A DNA stretch of 64,000 nt, from the NCBI GenBank assembly GCA_963846225.1, contig CAWJVD010000002.1:32891-96890 (forward strand), given 5' to 3'. The notes beneath the pieces were generated by a model, which made no database searches, was not told the DNA's origin, and saw only the letters and a list, made by a program, of their open reading frames with translations. A program made the translations under genes and the position numbers. Position 1 is the first letter of the stretch. Every line of letters begins with the position of its first letter. The DNA is from an uncultured Gammaproteobacteria bacterium. Lineage in GTDB: Bacteria; Pseudomonadota; Gammaproteobacteria; Steroidobacterales; Steroidobacteraceae. Below are positions 9,037-19,723 of this stretch, piece after piece.

Positions 9037-10291
9037 GTGAGGTATTCCGCCCTCGCCCTGCTGCGCGGGGCGTTCTCGGGGCAGCGCAACTGGGTACCGG
9101 CGTGGCGCTCGCCGCAGCCGAAGGCCGCCTACGACGTGGTGATCGTCGGTGGCGGCGGCCACGGGCTCGCCGCCGCCTACTACCTGGCGAAGAACCATCG
9201 TCTCACGAACGTCGCGGTGCTCGAGCGCGGCTGGCTCGGCGGGGGCAATACCGGGCGCAACACCACGGTGGTGCGCTCGAACTACCTCTACCCCGAGAGC
9301 GCGCGCCTGTACGACTTCTCGCTCAGGCTCTATGAGGGGCTCTCGCGCGAGCTCAACTTCAACATGATGCTGAGCCAGCGCGGCCACATCCTGCTCGCGC
9401 ACAGCCGGCACGACCTGGAGTCATTGTCGCGCTGGGCCAATGCCATGCACATGAACGGAATCGAGGCGGAGCTGCTGACTCGCGAACAGGTGGGCGAGCG
9501 GGTACCCGCGCTCGACCTGTCGAGCGGGGCGCGCTTTCCGGTGCTGGGCGGCTTTATGCAGCGCCGCGCGGGTACGGCGCGCCACGACGCAGTGGCCTGG
9601 GGTTACGCCCGTGGCGCTGATGCGCTCGGCGTAGACATCCTGCAGAACTGCGAAGTGACGGGATTCGAGACCGGGGCCGGCGGGCGCGTAGTCGCGGTGC
9701 ACACCGGACGCGGCCGCATTGCCGCGGGGCGGGTGGGGATCGCCGTGGCCGGCCACAGCTCGGTGCTCGCGAAGCTCGCCGGCTTCCGCCTGCCGGTGAC
9801 AAGCTACGCGCTGCAGGCGATGGTGACCGAGCCGCTCAAGCCGTGTCTCGACACGGTGGTCATCTCGCCGGGCACGGGTGCCTACGTCAGCCAGTCGGAC
9901 AAGGGTGAGATCGTGATTGGCGGCGGGCCTGGATCTGTTTCCCTCCTACGCGCAGCGCGGCAGCTTCGCGGTGTTGCAGAGCGTGCTGGCGGCGACGCTC
10001 GAAATGTTTCCCTCGCTTCAGCCGGCTTGCGTCTGCTGCGGCAGTGGGCCGGCATCGTCGATGTGGTGCACGACTCGAGCCCGATCATCGGCGCAACGCC
10101 CGTGCCGGAGCTCTACATCAACTGCGGCTGGGGGACCGGGGGCTTCAAGGCGATCCCGGTGGGCGGGTGGACGCTTGCGCACGTGCTCGCGACCGGGCAG
10201 GAACCACGAGCTGGCGGAGCCCTTCCAGCTCTCACGCTTCATCAGCGGGCGCCTGATCGATGAGGCGGCCGCCTCGGGCATCGCGCACTGA
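9037..10291 (+). pseudogene. soxB: sarcosine oxidase subunit beta, frameshifted (pseudogene or assembly error)
   Basis: GTG start. MRYSALALLRGAFSG..AYDVVIVGGGGHGLAAAYYLAK is typical SoxB. The frame breaks near 9928 at a G-run, returns near 10020, and breaks again near 10200. The conserved FPSYAQRGSF and the C-terminus LSRFISGRLIDEAAASGIAH lie in the 9917..10291 frame. Confidence 0.85.
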
Positions 10292-10309
10292 AGCGGGGAA
10301 GGGCGCCTC

Positions 10310-10601
10310 ATGATGCAGATCTGCGATGCCCCTGGTGCGGAGCGCGCGATGAGAGCGAATTCGTCTGCGGTGGCACGACGCACATCAGCCGCCCGGCGCT
10401 GTCGCTGTGACGATGCAGGCCTGGGGCGAATATCTCTTCTTTCGCGACAATCCCCGCGGCGTGCACCTGGAGCGCTGGCGGCACGCGTACGGTTGCGGCC
10501 AGTGGTTCAATGTGGCGCGCGACACCGTGACTCACGAGGTCCTGGCGGTGTACGCCATGACCGATCCGCCGCCGCATCGGCTGACCGGGCGCTGCGCATG
10601 A
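10310..10601 (+). pseudogene. soxD: sarcosine oxidase subunit delta, frameshifted
   Basis: Three frames are used within 290 nt: MMQI, then CPWCGARDESEFVCGGTTHISRPALSL, then WGEYLFFRDNPRGVHLERWRHAYGCGQWFNVARDTVTHEVLAVY. All three are SoxD-like. Confidence 0.75.
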
Positions 10602-13517
10602 CGGCTAACGCTTGACTGCACCGGCCGGCGCGTGGATCGATCGCGCCGCCGCGCTGTCCTTCACGTTCAATGGACGGCGCTTGCGCGGCTTCGAAGGGCG
10701 ACACGCTCGCCTCGGCGCTGCTCGCCAACGGCGTGCGCCTGGTGGGACGCAGCTTCAAGCTGCATCGCCCTCGCGGCATCTGTTCGTGCGGTCTCGAGGA
10801 GCCGAGCGCGTCTGGTCGATGTCGGCCGCGGCGCGCGGCGCACGCCCAACGTGCGCGCAACGCTGCTCGAGCTCGCAGGAGGGCCTGAGCGCCACGAGCG
10901 TCAATTGCTGGCCGAGCGTCGGGTTCGATCTGGGCGCGCTCACCGGCGCGTTCGCCGCGCTGTTGCCGGCGGGCTTCTATTACAAGACCTTCAAGTGGCC
11001 GAGCTGGCAGCTGTTCGAGCCGGCCATCCGCCGCATGGCGGGGCTGGGGCGCGCGCCGCGCGAGCCGGATCCCGATCATTACGAGGAAATCGCAGCCGAA
11101 GCCGACGTGCTGGTGGTGGGCGGCGGCATTGCGGGTCTTGCGGCCGCGGTCGCCGCGGCCGCGCAGGCGGTCAGGTACGCCTGCTCACGCGCGGCGCGCG
11201 CTTCGGCGGTGCGCTCGCGCTGGCGCGACGATGCGGAGGTTGCAGGGCTCGTGGCCGCGGCGCGCGCCTGGGCGTCGAGCTGCTGCCGCGCACCTGGCCT
11301 TTGGTGTCTACGATCACAACCTCGTGTGCGCCTGCGAGAGCTGAGCGCGGAAGGCGGCGCCGAGCTGCCCGGCTGCGTACTGCGCGAGCGGCTGTGGAAG
11401 ATCCGCGCGCGCACGGTGATCGCGGCGGCGGGGGCCTTCGAGCGGCCGCTCCTGTTTCCCGACAACGATCGCCCGGGCGTGATGCTGGCGGACGCGGCGC
11501 TGAAGATACGCGCTCGCCTACGGGGTGGCCTGCGGCCGGCGCGTGGTGATCGCCGCCAACAGCGACTCGGCGTATCGCGTCGCGCGAGGCGCTGCGCGCC
11601 GCGGGCATCGAGATCGTCGCCGTCATCGACCGCCGCCCCGATCCACGCCGCTGCCGCAGTCCCGCGCGGGTTGACGAGTTATCAGGAGCGCGGCCCTCAC
11701 GGCGGTGAGACGGCAGCCGCGCGGTGCGCGGCTGCACGTGTTGCGAGTGTGGCGGACGGGCGCCTCGCTCGGCGAGCAGCGAGGCTTCGACTGCGATCTC
11801 ATCCTGAGCGCCGGGGGTTTGCGCCCGCGGTGCACCTGCATTCGCAGGCCGGTGGAAAGCTGCGCTGGCTGGAGCGACGCGGCGATGTTCGTCCCGGACG
11901 GCAGGCGCCGGGCCTGTGCAGCGTCGGCGCCTGCGCAGGCGTTTTCACGCGCGAGGCCGCGCGTGATCATGCCGCGGCAGTCGGGGAAGCGCTGGCGCTC
12001 GGCTCGCCCCGCCCCCGCAGCGCCGGCCGGCCGGAGCGGGGCCGCGGAGGCGATCACGCGGGTCGCGGGCGTGCCGGCAAGCAGTTCGTCGACCTGCAGA
12101 ACGACGTGGCGGCGCAGGACGTGGAGCTTGCGGCGCGCGAGAACTACCGCTCGGTCGAGCACCTCAAGCGCTACACGACCACCGGCATGGGGACCGACCA
12201 GGGTAAGACCAGCAACATCAATGCGCTGCTGCAGATGGCCGAGTACACCGGCCGTGCCCCGAGGAGGTGGGCACCACGACATTTCGGCCGCCATTTGCCC
12301 CATCACACTCGGGGCGATCGTGGGAAGGCGCGCCGGCAGCCTCTACCGCCCGCTGAAGGAACTCCCCGCGCATGCCTGGCACGCCGCGGAGCGGCGCAGC
12401 GTTCGAGAATTTCGGCGACTGGCGCCGCCCGGCGGCGTATCCGCTGCGGGGAGAGTCGCTCGCGGCGGCTGCGCAACGCGAGGCCGGAATCGTGCGACAG
12501 CGCGCCGGGCTCTTCGACGGCTCCCCGCTCGGCAAGCTCGAAGTGTTCGGTCCGGACGCCGCGCGCTTCCTTGATCTCATGTATGTCGGCACGATGTCGA
12601 CCCTCGCTCACGGGCAGGCGCGCTACGGCGTGCTGCTGAACGAGCACGGCACGCTCGTCGACGACGGGATCGTCGCGCGGCTCGGCGAGCAGCACTACTG
12701 GGTCAATACCACCACCGCCGGCGTCGATCGCACCGCCGCGGCCTTCGAAGAGTGGCTGCAGTGCGAGTTCGTGAACCTGAAGGTGCTCGTGACGCCGGTC
12801 ACCTCGCGCTGGGCCAACGTCACCGTCGCCGGCCCGCGTGCCTGGCAGTGGCTCGCGGCCGTGGGCCTGGAGGGCGCCCTGGCGCCGGGCCGCATGAAGC
12901 ACATGACGCTGCGCGAGAGCGAGCTCGAGGGTGTGCCGCTGCGCGTATTGCGTGCGAGCTACAGCGGCGAGCTCGGCTATGAAGTGAATCTGCCCGCCGA
13001 GCACGCCGGCGATCTGTTCGGGCGGCTGTGGGAGCGCGCGGTCGAGATCGGCGCGGTGCTCTATGGGATCGAGGCGCTGCAGGTGATGCGCATCGAGAAG
13101 GGTTACCTGCATATCGGTACCGATACCGACGGCACGACACTCCCGCAGGACGTCGGCTTCGCGCGCGGCATCGAGCGCAAGGCGGCGCAGTTCGTCGGGC
13201 GGCGCTCGCTGTCGCGCCCCGCGGCGCGCGACCCGCAGCGGCTGCAGCTGGTGGGCTTGAGGTCCGTCGACGGACGCACCCCCCTGCCGGCAGGAGCGCA
13301 CATTGCCGCGCACCCGCCGCCGGCAGAGATCGATGGGCGCGTCACCTCGAGCTGCTTCAGTCCCGAGCTCAGCTGCCCGATCGCACTGGCGCTGCTGACC
13401 CGCGGCTCGCAGCGCATCGGCGAGCGGGTGAAGGCGTATCACCTGGGGGCGATGATCGAGGCGGAGGTCGTGAAGACGCCGTTTGTCGACCGCGAGGGCA
13501 GGCGCGTCCATGGATGA
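10598..13517 (+). pseudogene. soxA: sarcosine oxidase subunit alpha, multiply frameshifted
   Basis: ATGA overlap with the soxD stop. SoxA segments are scattered over three frames: [96 protein letters not shown]. The C-terminal aminomethyltransferase-like part (12372..13517) is intact. Confidence 0.85.
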
Positions 13518-14055
13518 GTGGCCGCAGTTGCACGAGGGCATGAGCTGCAGCGGGCTGACGGTGGCGGTGGATGCCTCGCTCCGGGTCGCAACGTTGCGTT
13601 ACTTCGCGCGCGAAGGGGCCTTTGCCGAGGCGGTTCGCGAGGCCACCGGGCTCGCGCTGCCGCAGACGATGCAGGCCGTCGAAGGGCGCGAAGCGCAGCT
13701 CGTTCTCGCCTGGCGCAGTCCTACGGAGACCCTCGTGATCGGCGCTGGCGCCGCGGGCCTCGCGCAGCTTGCGGCGCGGCTCGCGCGCTTCGCCGAGGGG
13801 TGCTTCGTGGATCTGAGCGGCGGGCTGCAAGTCGTGCGGGTGAGCGGGGCGCGGGGGAGCGATCTCCTCTGTCGGCTCGGCGGCACCGCGTCCGTCCCGC
13901 GGCCGGGTGAGGCGCGTCGCAGCCGCCTCGCCGACGTGGCGGTGCTGGCGCTGTCGCTGCGGGAGCTCGAGACGCTGCTGGTCGTGGACCGCGCCCACCT
14001 CCCGCACGTTGTGGCGTGGATCCGCGAGACGGTCCTCGATTTCGCCGCAGCGTGA
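13510..14055 (+). CDS. soxG: sarcosine oxidase subunit gamma
   Basis: The ATG at 13510 overlaps the soxA stop. Protein is about 181 aa in the expected operon position. SoxG-like segments include LVLAWRSPTETLVIG and VDLSGGLQVVRVSG. Confidence 0.7.
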   Translation: MDEWPQLHEGMSCSGLTVAVDASLRVATLRYFAREGAFAEAVREATGLALPQTMQAVEGREAQLVLAWRSPTETLVIGAGAAGLAQLAARLARFAEGCFVDLSGGLQVVRVSGARGSDLLCRLGGTASVPRPGEARRSRLADVAVLALSLRELETLLVVDRAHLPHVVAWIRETVLDFAAA

Positions 14056-14090
14056 GGGAGGGCGCGCGGGCCGCGCCGCGCCCCCGTGGG

Positions 14091-15596
14091 TCAGCTTCCC
14101 GCCGCGGGCTTCCGCAGCGTGCGCTCGATGGCGTGGCGCCATCCGGCGATGAGCGATGTGCGGCGCGCGGGCGTCATGGCGGGCGCGAACACCGCGGCCG
14201 TGCTCCAGGTCGCCGCGACCGAGGCGAGATCCTTCCACACCCCCGTGGCAAGCCCGGCGAGGAACGCCGCGCCGAGCGCAGTCGTCTCGAGCTCTGCGGG
14301 GCGCTCGACCCGTGCCTCGAGGATGTCCGCCAGGAACTGGCAGAACCAGTCATTGGCCGCCATGCCACCGTCGACCCGAATTGCCTGGGCGCGCCGGGCG
14401 CCATCGCGCTGCATGGCCTGGGTGAGATCGAGCGTCTGGTAGGCGACCGACTCGAGCGCCGCGCGCGCCAGATGCGCCCCCGAGACATCGAGCGTCAGCC
14501 CGCAGATCAGCCCGCGGGCGTTCGGATCCCAGTGGGGCGCTCCGAGACCCACGAACGCCGGCACCATGTACACGCCATGGTTGTCCGGGACCTGCGCGGC
14601 CAGCGCCGCAGTCTCGCTGGCGTTGCCGATCACCTTCAGCCCGTCCCGCAGCCACTTGATCGCCGCTCCGGCCACGAAGATCGATCCCTCCATGGCGTAT
14701 GTGATGCGCCCGCCGATGCGGTACGCGGCCGTGGTGAGCATGCGGTTGGCGGACGGGATCGCGGCGTCCGCGGTGTTGAGCAGCAGGAAGCAGCCCGTGC
14801 CGTAGGTGGATTTGGCCATGCCCGGCTCGAAGCACGTCTGCCCGATGAGCGCGGCCTGCTGGTCGCCGGCGATGCCGGCAATGGGCAGCGCGCGGCCGAA
14901 GAGCGCGGGCTCGGTGGCCCCGTACACCTCGCTGCTGTCGCGAACTTCCGGCAGGAGCGCTCGCGGTACCCGGATCAGGCGCAGCAGCTCCTCGTCCCAG
15001 TCCTGGGTGTGGATGTCGAACAGCAGCGTGCGCGAGGCATTCGTGACATCGGTGGCATGTACCCGCCCGCCCGTCAGCCGCCACAGCAGGAAGGTGTCGA
15101 TGGTGCCGAAGGCAAGCTCGCCGCGTTCGGCGCGCGCACGCGCTCCGGCCACGTGATCGAGCATCCAGGCCACCTTGGTGCCGGAGAAATAGGGGTCCAG
15201 CAGCAGTCCGGTCTTACGGCGCACGGCATCTTCGGCGCCCGCGGCTTTGAGCCTGGCGCAGTCTTGCGCGGTACGGCGGTCCTGCCAGACGATGGCGCGG
15301 TGAATGGGCACGCCGGTGGCGCGCTCCCAGATCACGGCGGTCTCGCGTTGATTCGTGATACCGAGTGCTGCGACGCTCTCGATGCCGACGGCGCTGCGGG
15401 CGATGACCTCGCGCACGGTTGCGAGCGTGTCGCGCCAGATGTCCTCGACATCGTGCTCGACCCAGCCGGAGGCCGGGTAATGCTGCTCGAACTCGCGGCG
15501 CGCGACGGCGACCGCGCGCGCGCTCGCATCGAAGGCGATGGCGCGCGTCGAGGTGGTGCCCTGGTCGATGGCGAGTACGTGTCGGGCCGGGCTCAT
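14091..15596 (-). CDS. glpK: glycerol kinase
   Basis: FGGY-kinase motifs [15 protein letters not shown] and [13 protein letters not shown]. About 501 aa from ATG 15596. Confidence 0.9.
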   Translation of the reverse strand: MSPARHVLAIDQGTTSTRAIAFDASARAVAVARREFEQHYPASGWVEHDVEDIWRDTLATVREVIARSAVGIESVAALGITNQRETAVIWERATGVPIHRAIVWQDRRTAQDCARLKAAGAEDAVRRKTGLLLDPYFSGTKVAWMLDHVAGARARAERGELAFGTIDTFLLWRLTGGRVHATDVTNASRTLLFDIHTQDWDEELLRLIRVPRALLPEVRDSSEVYGATEPALFGRALPIAGIAGDQQAALIGQTCFEPGMAKSTYGTGCFLLLNTADAAIPSANRMLTTAAYRIGGRITYAMEGSIFVAGAAIKWLRDGLKVIGNASETAALAAQVPDNHGVYMVPAFVGLGAPHWDPNARGLICGLTLDVSGAHLARAALESVAYQTLDLTQAMQRDGARRAQAIRVDGGMAANDWFCQFLADILEARVERPAELETTALGAAFLAGLATGVWKDLASVAATWSTAAVFAPAMTPARRTSLIAGWRHAIERTLRKPAAGS

Positions 15597-15615
15597 GGCT
15601 TCTCTCTCATGGCGC

Positions 15616-16461
15616 TCACTGCCGCCCCGGAAGGAATGGCCGGATCGCAAGCTGGTACAGGCCGCCCCCGGCGGCGCCGCCGAGCAGGGGGCCCAGGATC
15701 GGCACCCACCAGTAGTTCTGCGGCGCGGGCAGCGCCTGTCGTCCCCAGCCGGAGAAGAAACAGAACAGACGCGGGCCGAAGTCGCGTGCCGGGTTGATGG
15801 GCCAGGCCTCGAGGTACCCCGCGCACGCGCCGATGGTGGCCACCAGCAGCCCGATCATCAGCGCGCCGGTGTTCGCGGCCGGGGCGAGGGTGTTGAACTG
15901 CTCGGTGATCGCGAATACGCCCAGCACCAGGAACCCCGTGAGTGCAATCTCGTCCACGAACGCGTGTGCGGGCGTAATGCCTTCACCGGGGTGGGTGAAG
16001 AATACGCCGGCGGCCCCGCCGTCCCCGGCGCGCGTCAGGTGATGCACGAGGTTGTAGTGATCGATGACCGGCGCGAACAGCAGGTACACGAGTGCCGCGC
16101 CGAGAAAGGCGCCCGCCACCTGCGCACCAACGTACGGCAGGACCTTGTTCGCCGGGAAGCCGCGGTAGAGCGTGAGTGCAAGTGTCACGGCCGGGTTGGC
16201 GTGCGTTCCCGACACCGCCCCGGTGACGTAGATCGCCAGCGTCACCGCGAGCCCCCATGCGATGCACACGCCCCAGTAGGCGTGCTGGTAGGGGCTCGGG
16301 TCGTAAAGAACGTACATCGCGGCTGCGGAGTCCCCGAGACTGAGAATGATGAAGGTGGCCATGCATTCGGAGATCAGCTCGCCCACCCGCACGCGAGTGC
16401 GGACCAGTGCCACAATGCCCGCGCTGCCCCCCAGTTCGGCGGGGGCCGCTTCTTTTCTCAT
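15616..16461 (-). CDS. glpF: aquaglyceroporin / glycerol uptake facilitator (MIP family)
   Basis: Two NPA boxes (HANPAVTLA and [10 protein letters not shown]). A strong SD (AAGGAGG) precedes the ATG at 16461. The longer ORF to 16548 is less likely. Confidence 0.85.
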   Translation of the reverse strand: MRKEAAPAELGGSAGIVALVRTRVRVGELISECMATFIILSLGDSAAAMYVLYDPSPYQHAYWGVCIAWGLAVTLAIYVTGAVSGTHANPAVTLALTLYRGFPANKVLPYVGAQVAGAFLGAALVYLLFAPVIDHYNLVHHLTRAGDGGAAGVFFTHPGEGITPAHAFVDEIALTGFLVLGVFAITEQFNTLAPAANTGALMIGLLVATIGACAGYLEAWPINPARDFGPRLFCFFSGWGRQALPAPQNYWWVPILGPLLGGAAGGGLYQLAIRPFLPGRQ

Positions 16462-16627
16462 CCCGCCCTCCTTCAGGGCAGCCTCGCCGAGAAATGCCCC
16501 CGGATCAAGTGCGTAAGCGGCCATCGGCGTGATGCCTCGACGCAACACCCACGCGGCGTATCGCGCTGCGGCTTCCAGCGCCTCGAGCGAGGGGTCGGTG
16601 CACGCCGCGGCGCCGATGCGCCCGTGT

Positions 16628-16664
16628 CCGATTCCTTTTTCAGATGGGGCTATTCAATTTCTAG
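16628..16664 (-). repeat. AT-rich 37-nt element, copy B (CTAGAAATTGAATAGCCCCATCTGAAAAAGGAATCGG on the minus strand)
   Basis: Inverted copy of 7790..7826. Lies in the divergent glpF / TonB-receptor intergenic region, about 165 nt upstream of the glpF start, and points toward glpF. Confidence 0.9.
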
Positions 16665-16896
16665 ACTTTCAAATGCGGCAGCAGGTGTGAAAAGCTGGCA
16701 ATCAGGCACATCCCGCCCCTGGGGTCCCTCGCAGCGAGTGAGGCGGGAAGCGGCTGCGTCATATACTGATGGCGCATTTATTCAAGCGCGGACGGGGCGA
16801 GTGGTATAGAAGTCTTGGTGGGGATCCGCCTGTCCAGGCGGAAGGCGTTCGAGTGGGGAATTCACAACCACAACCAACCCTCGGGGGAGCTACGTG

Positions 16897-19641
16897 ATGA
16901 AGCCTAATTCGAAGATCTCTGCGGCCGTGGCGGCGATATTGGCCGTGCCCAGCACCGTGATCGTGCTCGCGGCGCCGGCGGATACCACGCCTGCCGTCGG
17001 GGGTGAGCTGACGGAGGTGGTTGTCACGGCGCAGCGGCGCACCGAGAACCTGCAGGACGTGCCGATCACGATCCAGGCGATCAGCGGCGATCAGCTCAAA
17101 CAGCTGAACGTCAACTCCTTCAACGACCTGTTGAAGTACACGCCCAACGTGACGTTCAGCGGCAATGGACCGGGCACCGGCAACATCTTCATGCGCGGTC
17201 TGGGCGGCGTCGGCTCGGGCAACCAGTCGCAGTCGACCACGGCGCCCTTTCCCAACGTGGCGCTGTATATGGATGACCAGTCGATGCAGTTCCCGGCGCG
17301 CAATAACGACATCTACCTGGTCGATATGGAGCGCGTGGAGGTGCTCGAGGGTCCGCAAGGCACGCTGTTCGGCGGCGGTGCGCAGGCGGGCGCCATCCGC
17401 TACATCACCAACAAACCAAGGTTTGATGCGGTGTCCGGTGAAGCGAACGCGGGGTACGGCATCACCGCGCACGGCGATCCGAACACCATGCTCAATGCGG
17501 TGCTCAACCTGCCGCTCACCGACAATTTCGCGTTGCGCGGCGTGCTCTTCTCCGAGCGCCGCGGCGGTTACATCGACAACGTTCCTGGAACGATCAGTTA
17601 TTTGCCCGGCTCGCCACCACATGATCTGGGCGGCAATCCGACCGCGAACAATGGCCCTGTGCAAGGCACGCACACGAACCCCGTCGACTACCAGGGCGCG
17701 CGCCTCTCCGCGGCGCTGAAGTTCAACGACAGCTGGGATCTGCTGCTGCAGCAGAATTACCAGAACATGCAGTCGGATGGCTACTTCTACGCTTATCCGA
17801 CCGGTACGGACGGCAGCGCGTTGGGCAAATACCAGATCAACGCCTTCGCACCGGCCTACAGCAAGGACAAGTACGAGAGCACCGCCTGGACGCTGAACGG
17901 CAAGCTCGGTGATCTGCTGAGCATGGTGTACACCGGCAGCTACATGGTGCGGCACATCGACGGCCAGCAGGACTACTCGAACTACATGCGCAGCGCCGTG
18001 GGTTCGTACTACGCCTGCATCGGCACCGGAGCTGGATATTTCAATCCCAAGAATTTTCCGTCGCTCACCGGCCATCCGCTGCAGTGCTCCACCTCGGTAG
18101 GCAACTGGCGCGATCAGGTGTACAACCAGCACACGAGTCACGAGCTGCGTTTCAGCACCAATGCGGACTACCGCTTACGCGGCGTGTTCGGGCTCTACTG
18201 GGAGAAGTTCGTCATCGATGACGACATGAACTTCAATTACCTCGGTATTCCGCAGTGCGACCCGGCCACTCTCGCCAAGGCGCTCGCGGGCGGCGCGGAC
18301 TGCCTGTCGGCGGTCGGCCCCGTGCCCGGCTCATTTGCGACTGCCCCGGGACTGCGGCTGGATGCCAACACCGCCTTCGGTGAGGACGACCAGCGCGGCT
18401 ACAAGCAGAAGGCAGCCTTCGCCTCGATCGATGTGGACCTGATCCCGAAGGTTCTGACGATCACCGGCGGAGCACGCTTCTACAAGTACGACGAGTTCGA
18501 GCACGGCTCGGAGTACTACAGCGAGAGCACCAGCACCGGGCTGGTCGTCAATCACCTCAATGGGGTCTGCACGGCGGCCGGTCTGTGCGGCTTCCCCATC
18601 AATCTCGACAAGAACGAAAGCGGTCACCGCTTGCGCGGCAATCTGACCTGGCACATCACGCCGGACCTGATGGCGTACTACACCTACTCTGAGGGTTTCC
18701 GGCCGGGTGGCTTCAACCGTACCGCATCGCTCCCGGGTATGCCCCCGACGCTCAAGGGTGTGGCCACGTACTGCGGCGGCCCGATCTCTGGTGTGCCGCA
18801 GGACAAGATCGATCCGAGATGTCTGCCCGGCGGCAGCCTGGCCGGCCTCAACACCAGCCAGTTCAACAAGCCGGCGGGTTTTGAATCGGACCAGCTGAAG
18901 AACAACGAGATCGGCTTCAAGAGCGAGTGGCTCGATCACCACCTCATCGTCAATCTGTCTGGCTACGAGATGAAGTGGACCAACGTCCAGCTGCCGTTGT
19001 TCGATCCGGTGCACCTCGGCAACACGACCTTCGACATCAACGGGCCGAGCTACAAGGTGAAGGGCTTCGAGGTGCAGTTCGTCGCGCGTATCACCGAGGG
19101 CCTTAGCGTGGAGGGCTCGAGCTCGGTGAACAGCGTCGAACAGACCAGCGCGCCCTGCCTGCCCAGCAACCGTCCCTCAGCAGGTAACCCCACACCGCTC
19201 GGTCAGTGCATCACGGTCGTCAAGCAGACCAGCTACACCAATCCCTACGGTGTGCTCGGGACGCGGCCGCCGTTCTCGCCGCCCTGGATGTTCAATCTGC
19301 GGGCGCGCTACGACTGGACGGCCGGGACCTACAAGCCCTTCTTCTGGGTGGGCGCGAGCCACATCGGCCCGCAGAGCAACGAGCCGGCGAGCTTCCCGGA
19401 TGGCAATCTGCCACCGAACAGCATCAATCCGACCACGACGCTGCTGCGCTACGAGATCCCCGGCTATACGACCTATGACGCAGCGATCGGCGTCTACCGG
19501 GACAACTGGTCGCTGCAGCTGACGGGCAGCAATCTGTCCAACGAGTATGGACCGACCAATATCTCGTCCGGTCAGTTCATCAAGTCGGAGATTCCGCTGC
19601 GACCGCGCGTGCTGATGGCGCAGTTCGGGTGGAAGTTCTAG
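16897..19641 (+). CDS. TonB-dependent receptor
   Basis: About 914 aa with a signal peptide (MKPNSKISAAVAAILAVPSTVIVLAAPA). Plug region VVVTAQRRTENLQDVPITIQAISGDQL. Beta-barrel body ending in the aromatic terminus FGWKF. Confidence 0.9.
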   Translation: MKPNSKISAAVAAILAVPSTVIVLAAPADTTPAVGGELTEVVVTAQRRTENLQDVPITIQAISGDQLKQLNVNSFNDLLKYTPNVTFSGNGPGTGNIFMRGLGGVGSGNQSQSTTAPFPNVALYMDDQSMQFPARNNDIYLVDMERVEVLEGPQGTLFGGGAQAGAIRYITNKPRFDAVSGEANAGYGITAHGDPNTMLNAVLNLPLTDNFALRGVLFSERRGGYIDNVPGTISYLPGSPPHDLGGNPTANNGPVQGTHTNPVDYQGARLSAALKFNDSWDLLLQQNYQNMQSDGYFYAYPTGTDGSALGKYQINAFAPAYSKDKYESTAWTLNGKLGDLLSMVYTGSYMVRHIDGQQDYSNYMRSAVGSYYACIGTGAGYFNPKNFPSLTGHPLQCSTSVGNWRDQVYNQHTSHELRFSTNADYRLRGVFGLYWEKFVIDDDMNFNYLGIPQCDPATLAKALAGGADCLSAVGPVPGSFATAPGLRLDANTAFGEDDQRGYKQKAAFASIDVDLIPKVLTITGGARFYKYDEFEHGSEYYSESTSTGLVVNHLNGVCTAAGLCGFPINLDKNESGHRLRGNLTWHITPDLMAYYTYSEGFRPGGFNRTASLPGMPPTLKGVATYCGGPISGVPQDKIDPRCLPGGSLAGLNTSQFNKPAGFESDQLKNNEIGFKSEWLDHHLIVNLSGYEMKWTNVQLPLFDPVHLGNTTFDINGPSYKVKGFEVQFVARITEGLSVEGSSSVNSVEQTSAPCLPSNRPSAGNPTPLGQCITVVKQTSYTNPYGVLGTRPPFSPPWMFNLRARYDWTAGTYKPFFWVGASHIGPQSNEPASFPDGNLPPNSINPTTTLLRYEIPGYTTYDAAIGVYRDNWSLQLTGSNLSNEYGPTNISSGQFIKSEIPLRPRVLMAQFGWKF

Positions 19642-19690
19642 GCAGCGCCGCAGGGCGCCGACCGCCTGCGGGTCGGGTACGCTAAGATGA

Positions 19691-19719
19691 GGGGCGGACC
19701 AGGAGGTCCGCCCCTTTTT
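19691..19719 (+). terminator. Rho-independent terminator / attenuator hairpin
   Basis: Perfect 10-bp stem GGGGCGGACC / GGTCCGCCCC, loop AGGA, then TTTTT. Sits 50 nt after the receptor stop and ends 5 nt before the ATG at 19724. Confidence 0.7.
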
Positions 19720-19723
19720 ACCC

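Noticed and set aside
10612-12639. 675-aa ORF taken as an intact protein
   Set aside because: It alternates between genuine SoxA segments and nonsense Arg/Ala-rich stretches. Missing SoxA segments are found in the other two frames, so it is a frameshift mosaic and not a real product.
14016-15797. 593-aa plus-strand ORF across glpK
   Set aside because: It is antisense to an unmistakable glycerol kinase, so it is a GC-driven open frame.
7790-16664. Composite transposon or MITE-bounded cassette interpretation of the inverted 37-nt elements
   Set aside because: No transposase or integrase lies inside or nearby. The flanks show no target-site duplication (..CCAGC| versus |ACTTT..). Both copies sit at operon 5' ends. 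A regulatory role therefore seems more likely, and the mobile hypothesis is kept only as an alternative in the finding.
16665-16896. Cobalamin or TPP riboswitch in the leader of the TonB-dependent receptor
   Set aside because: I looked for a B12 box and for the CTGAGA / ACCTGATCTGGATAATGCCAGCG-type TPP core and neither is present.
16759-18141. 460-aa ORF antisense to the TonB-dependent receptor, and similarly 20027..21583 antisense to the TPR-sulfotransferase and 40506..42275 antisense to lemA/GntR
   Set aside because: These have no recognisable domains and a low-complexity Arg/Gly/Ala composition. Each fully overlaps a well-supported gene.
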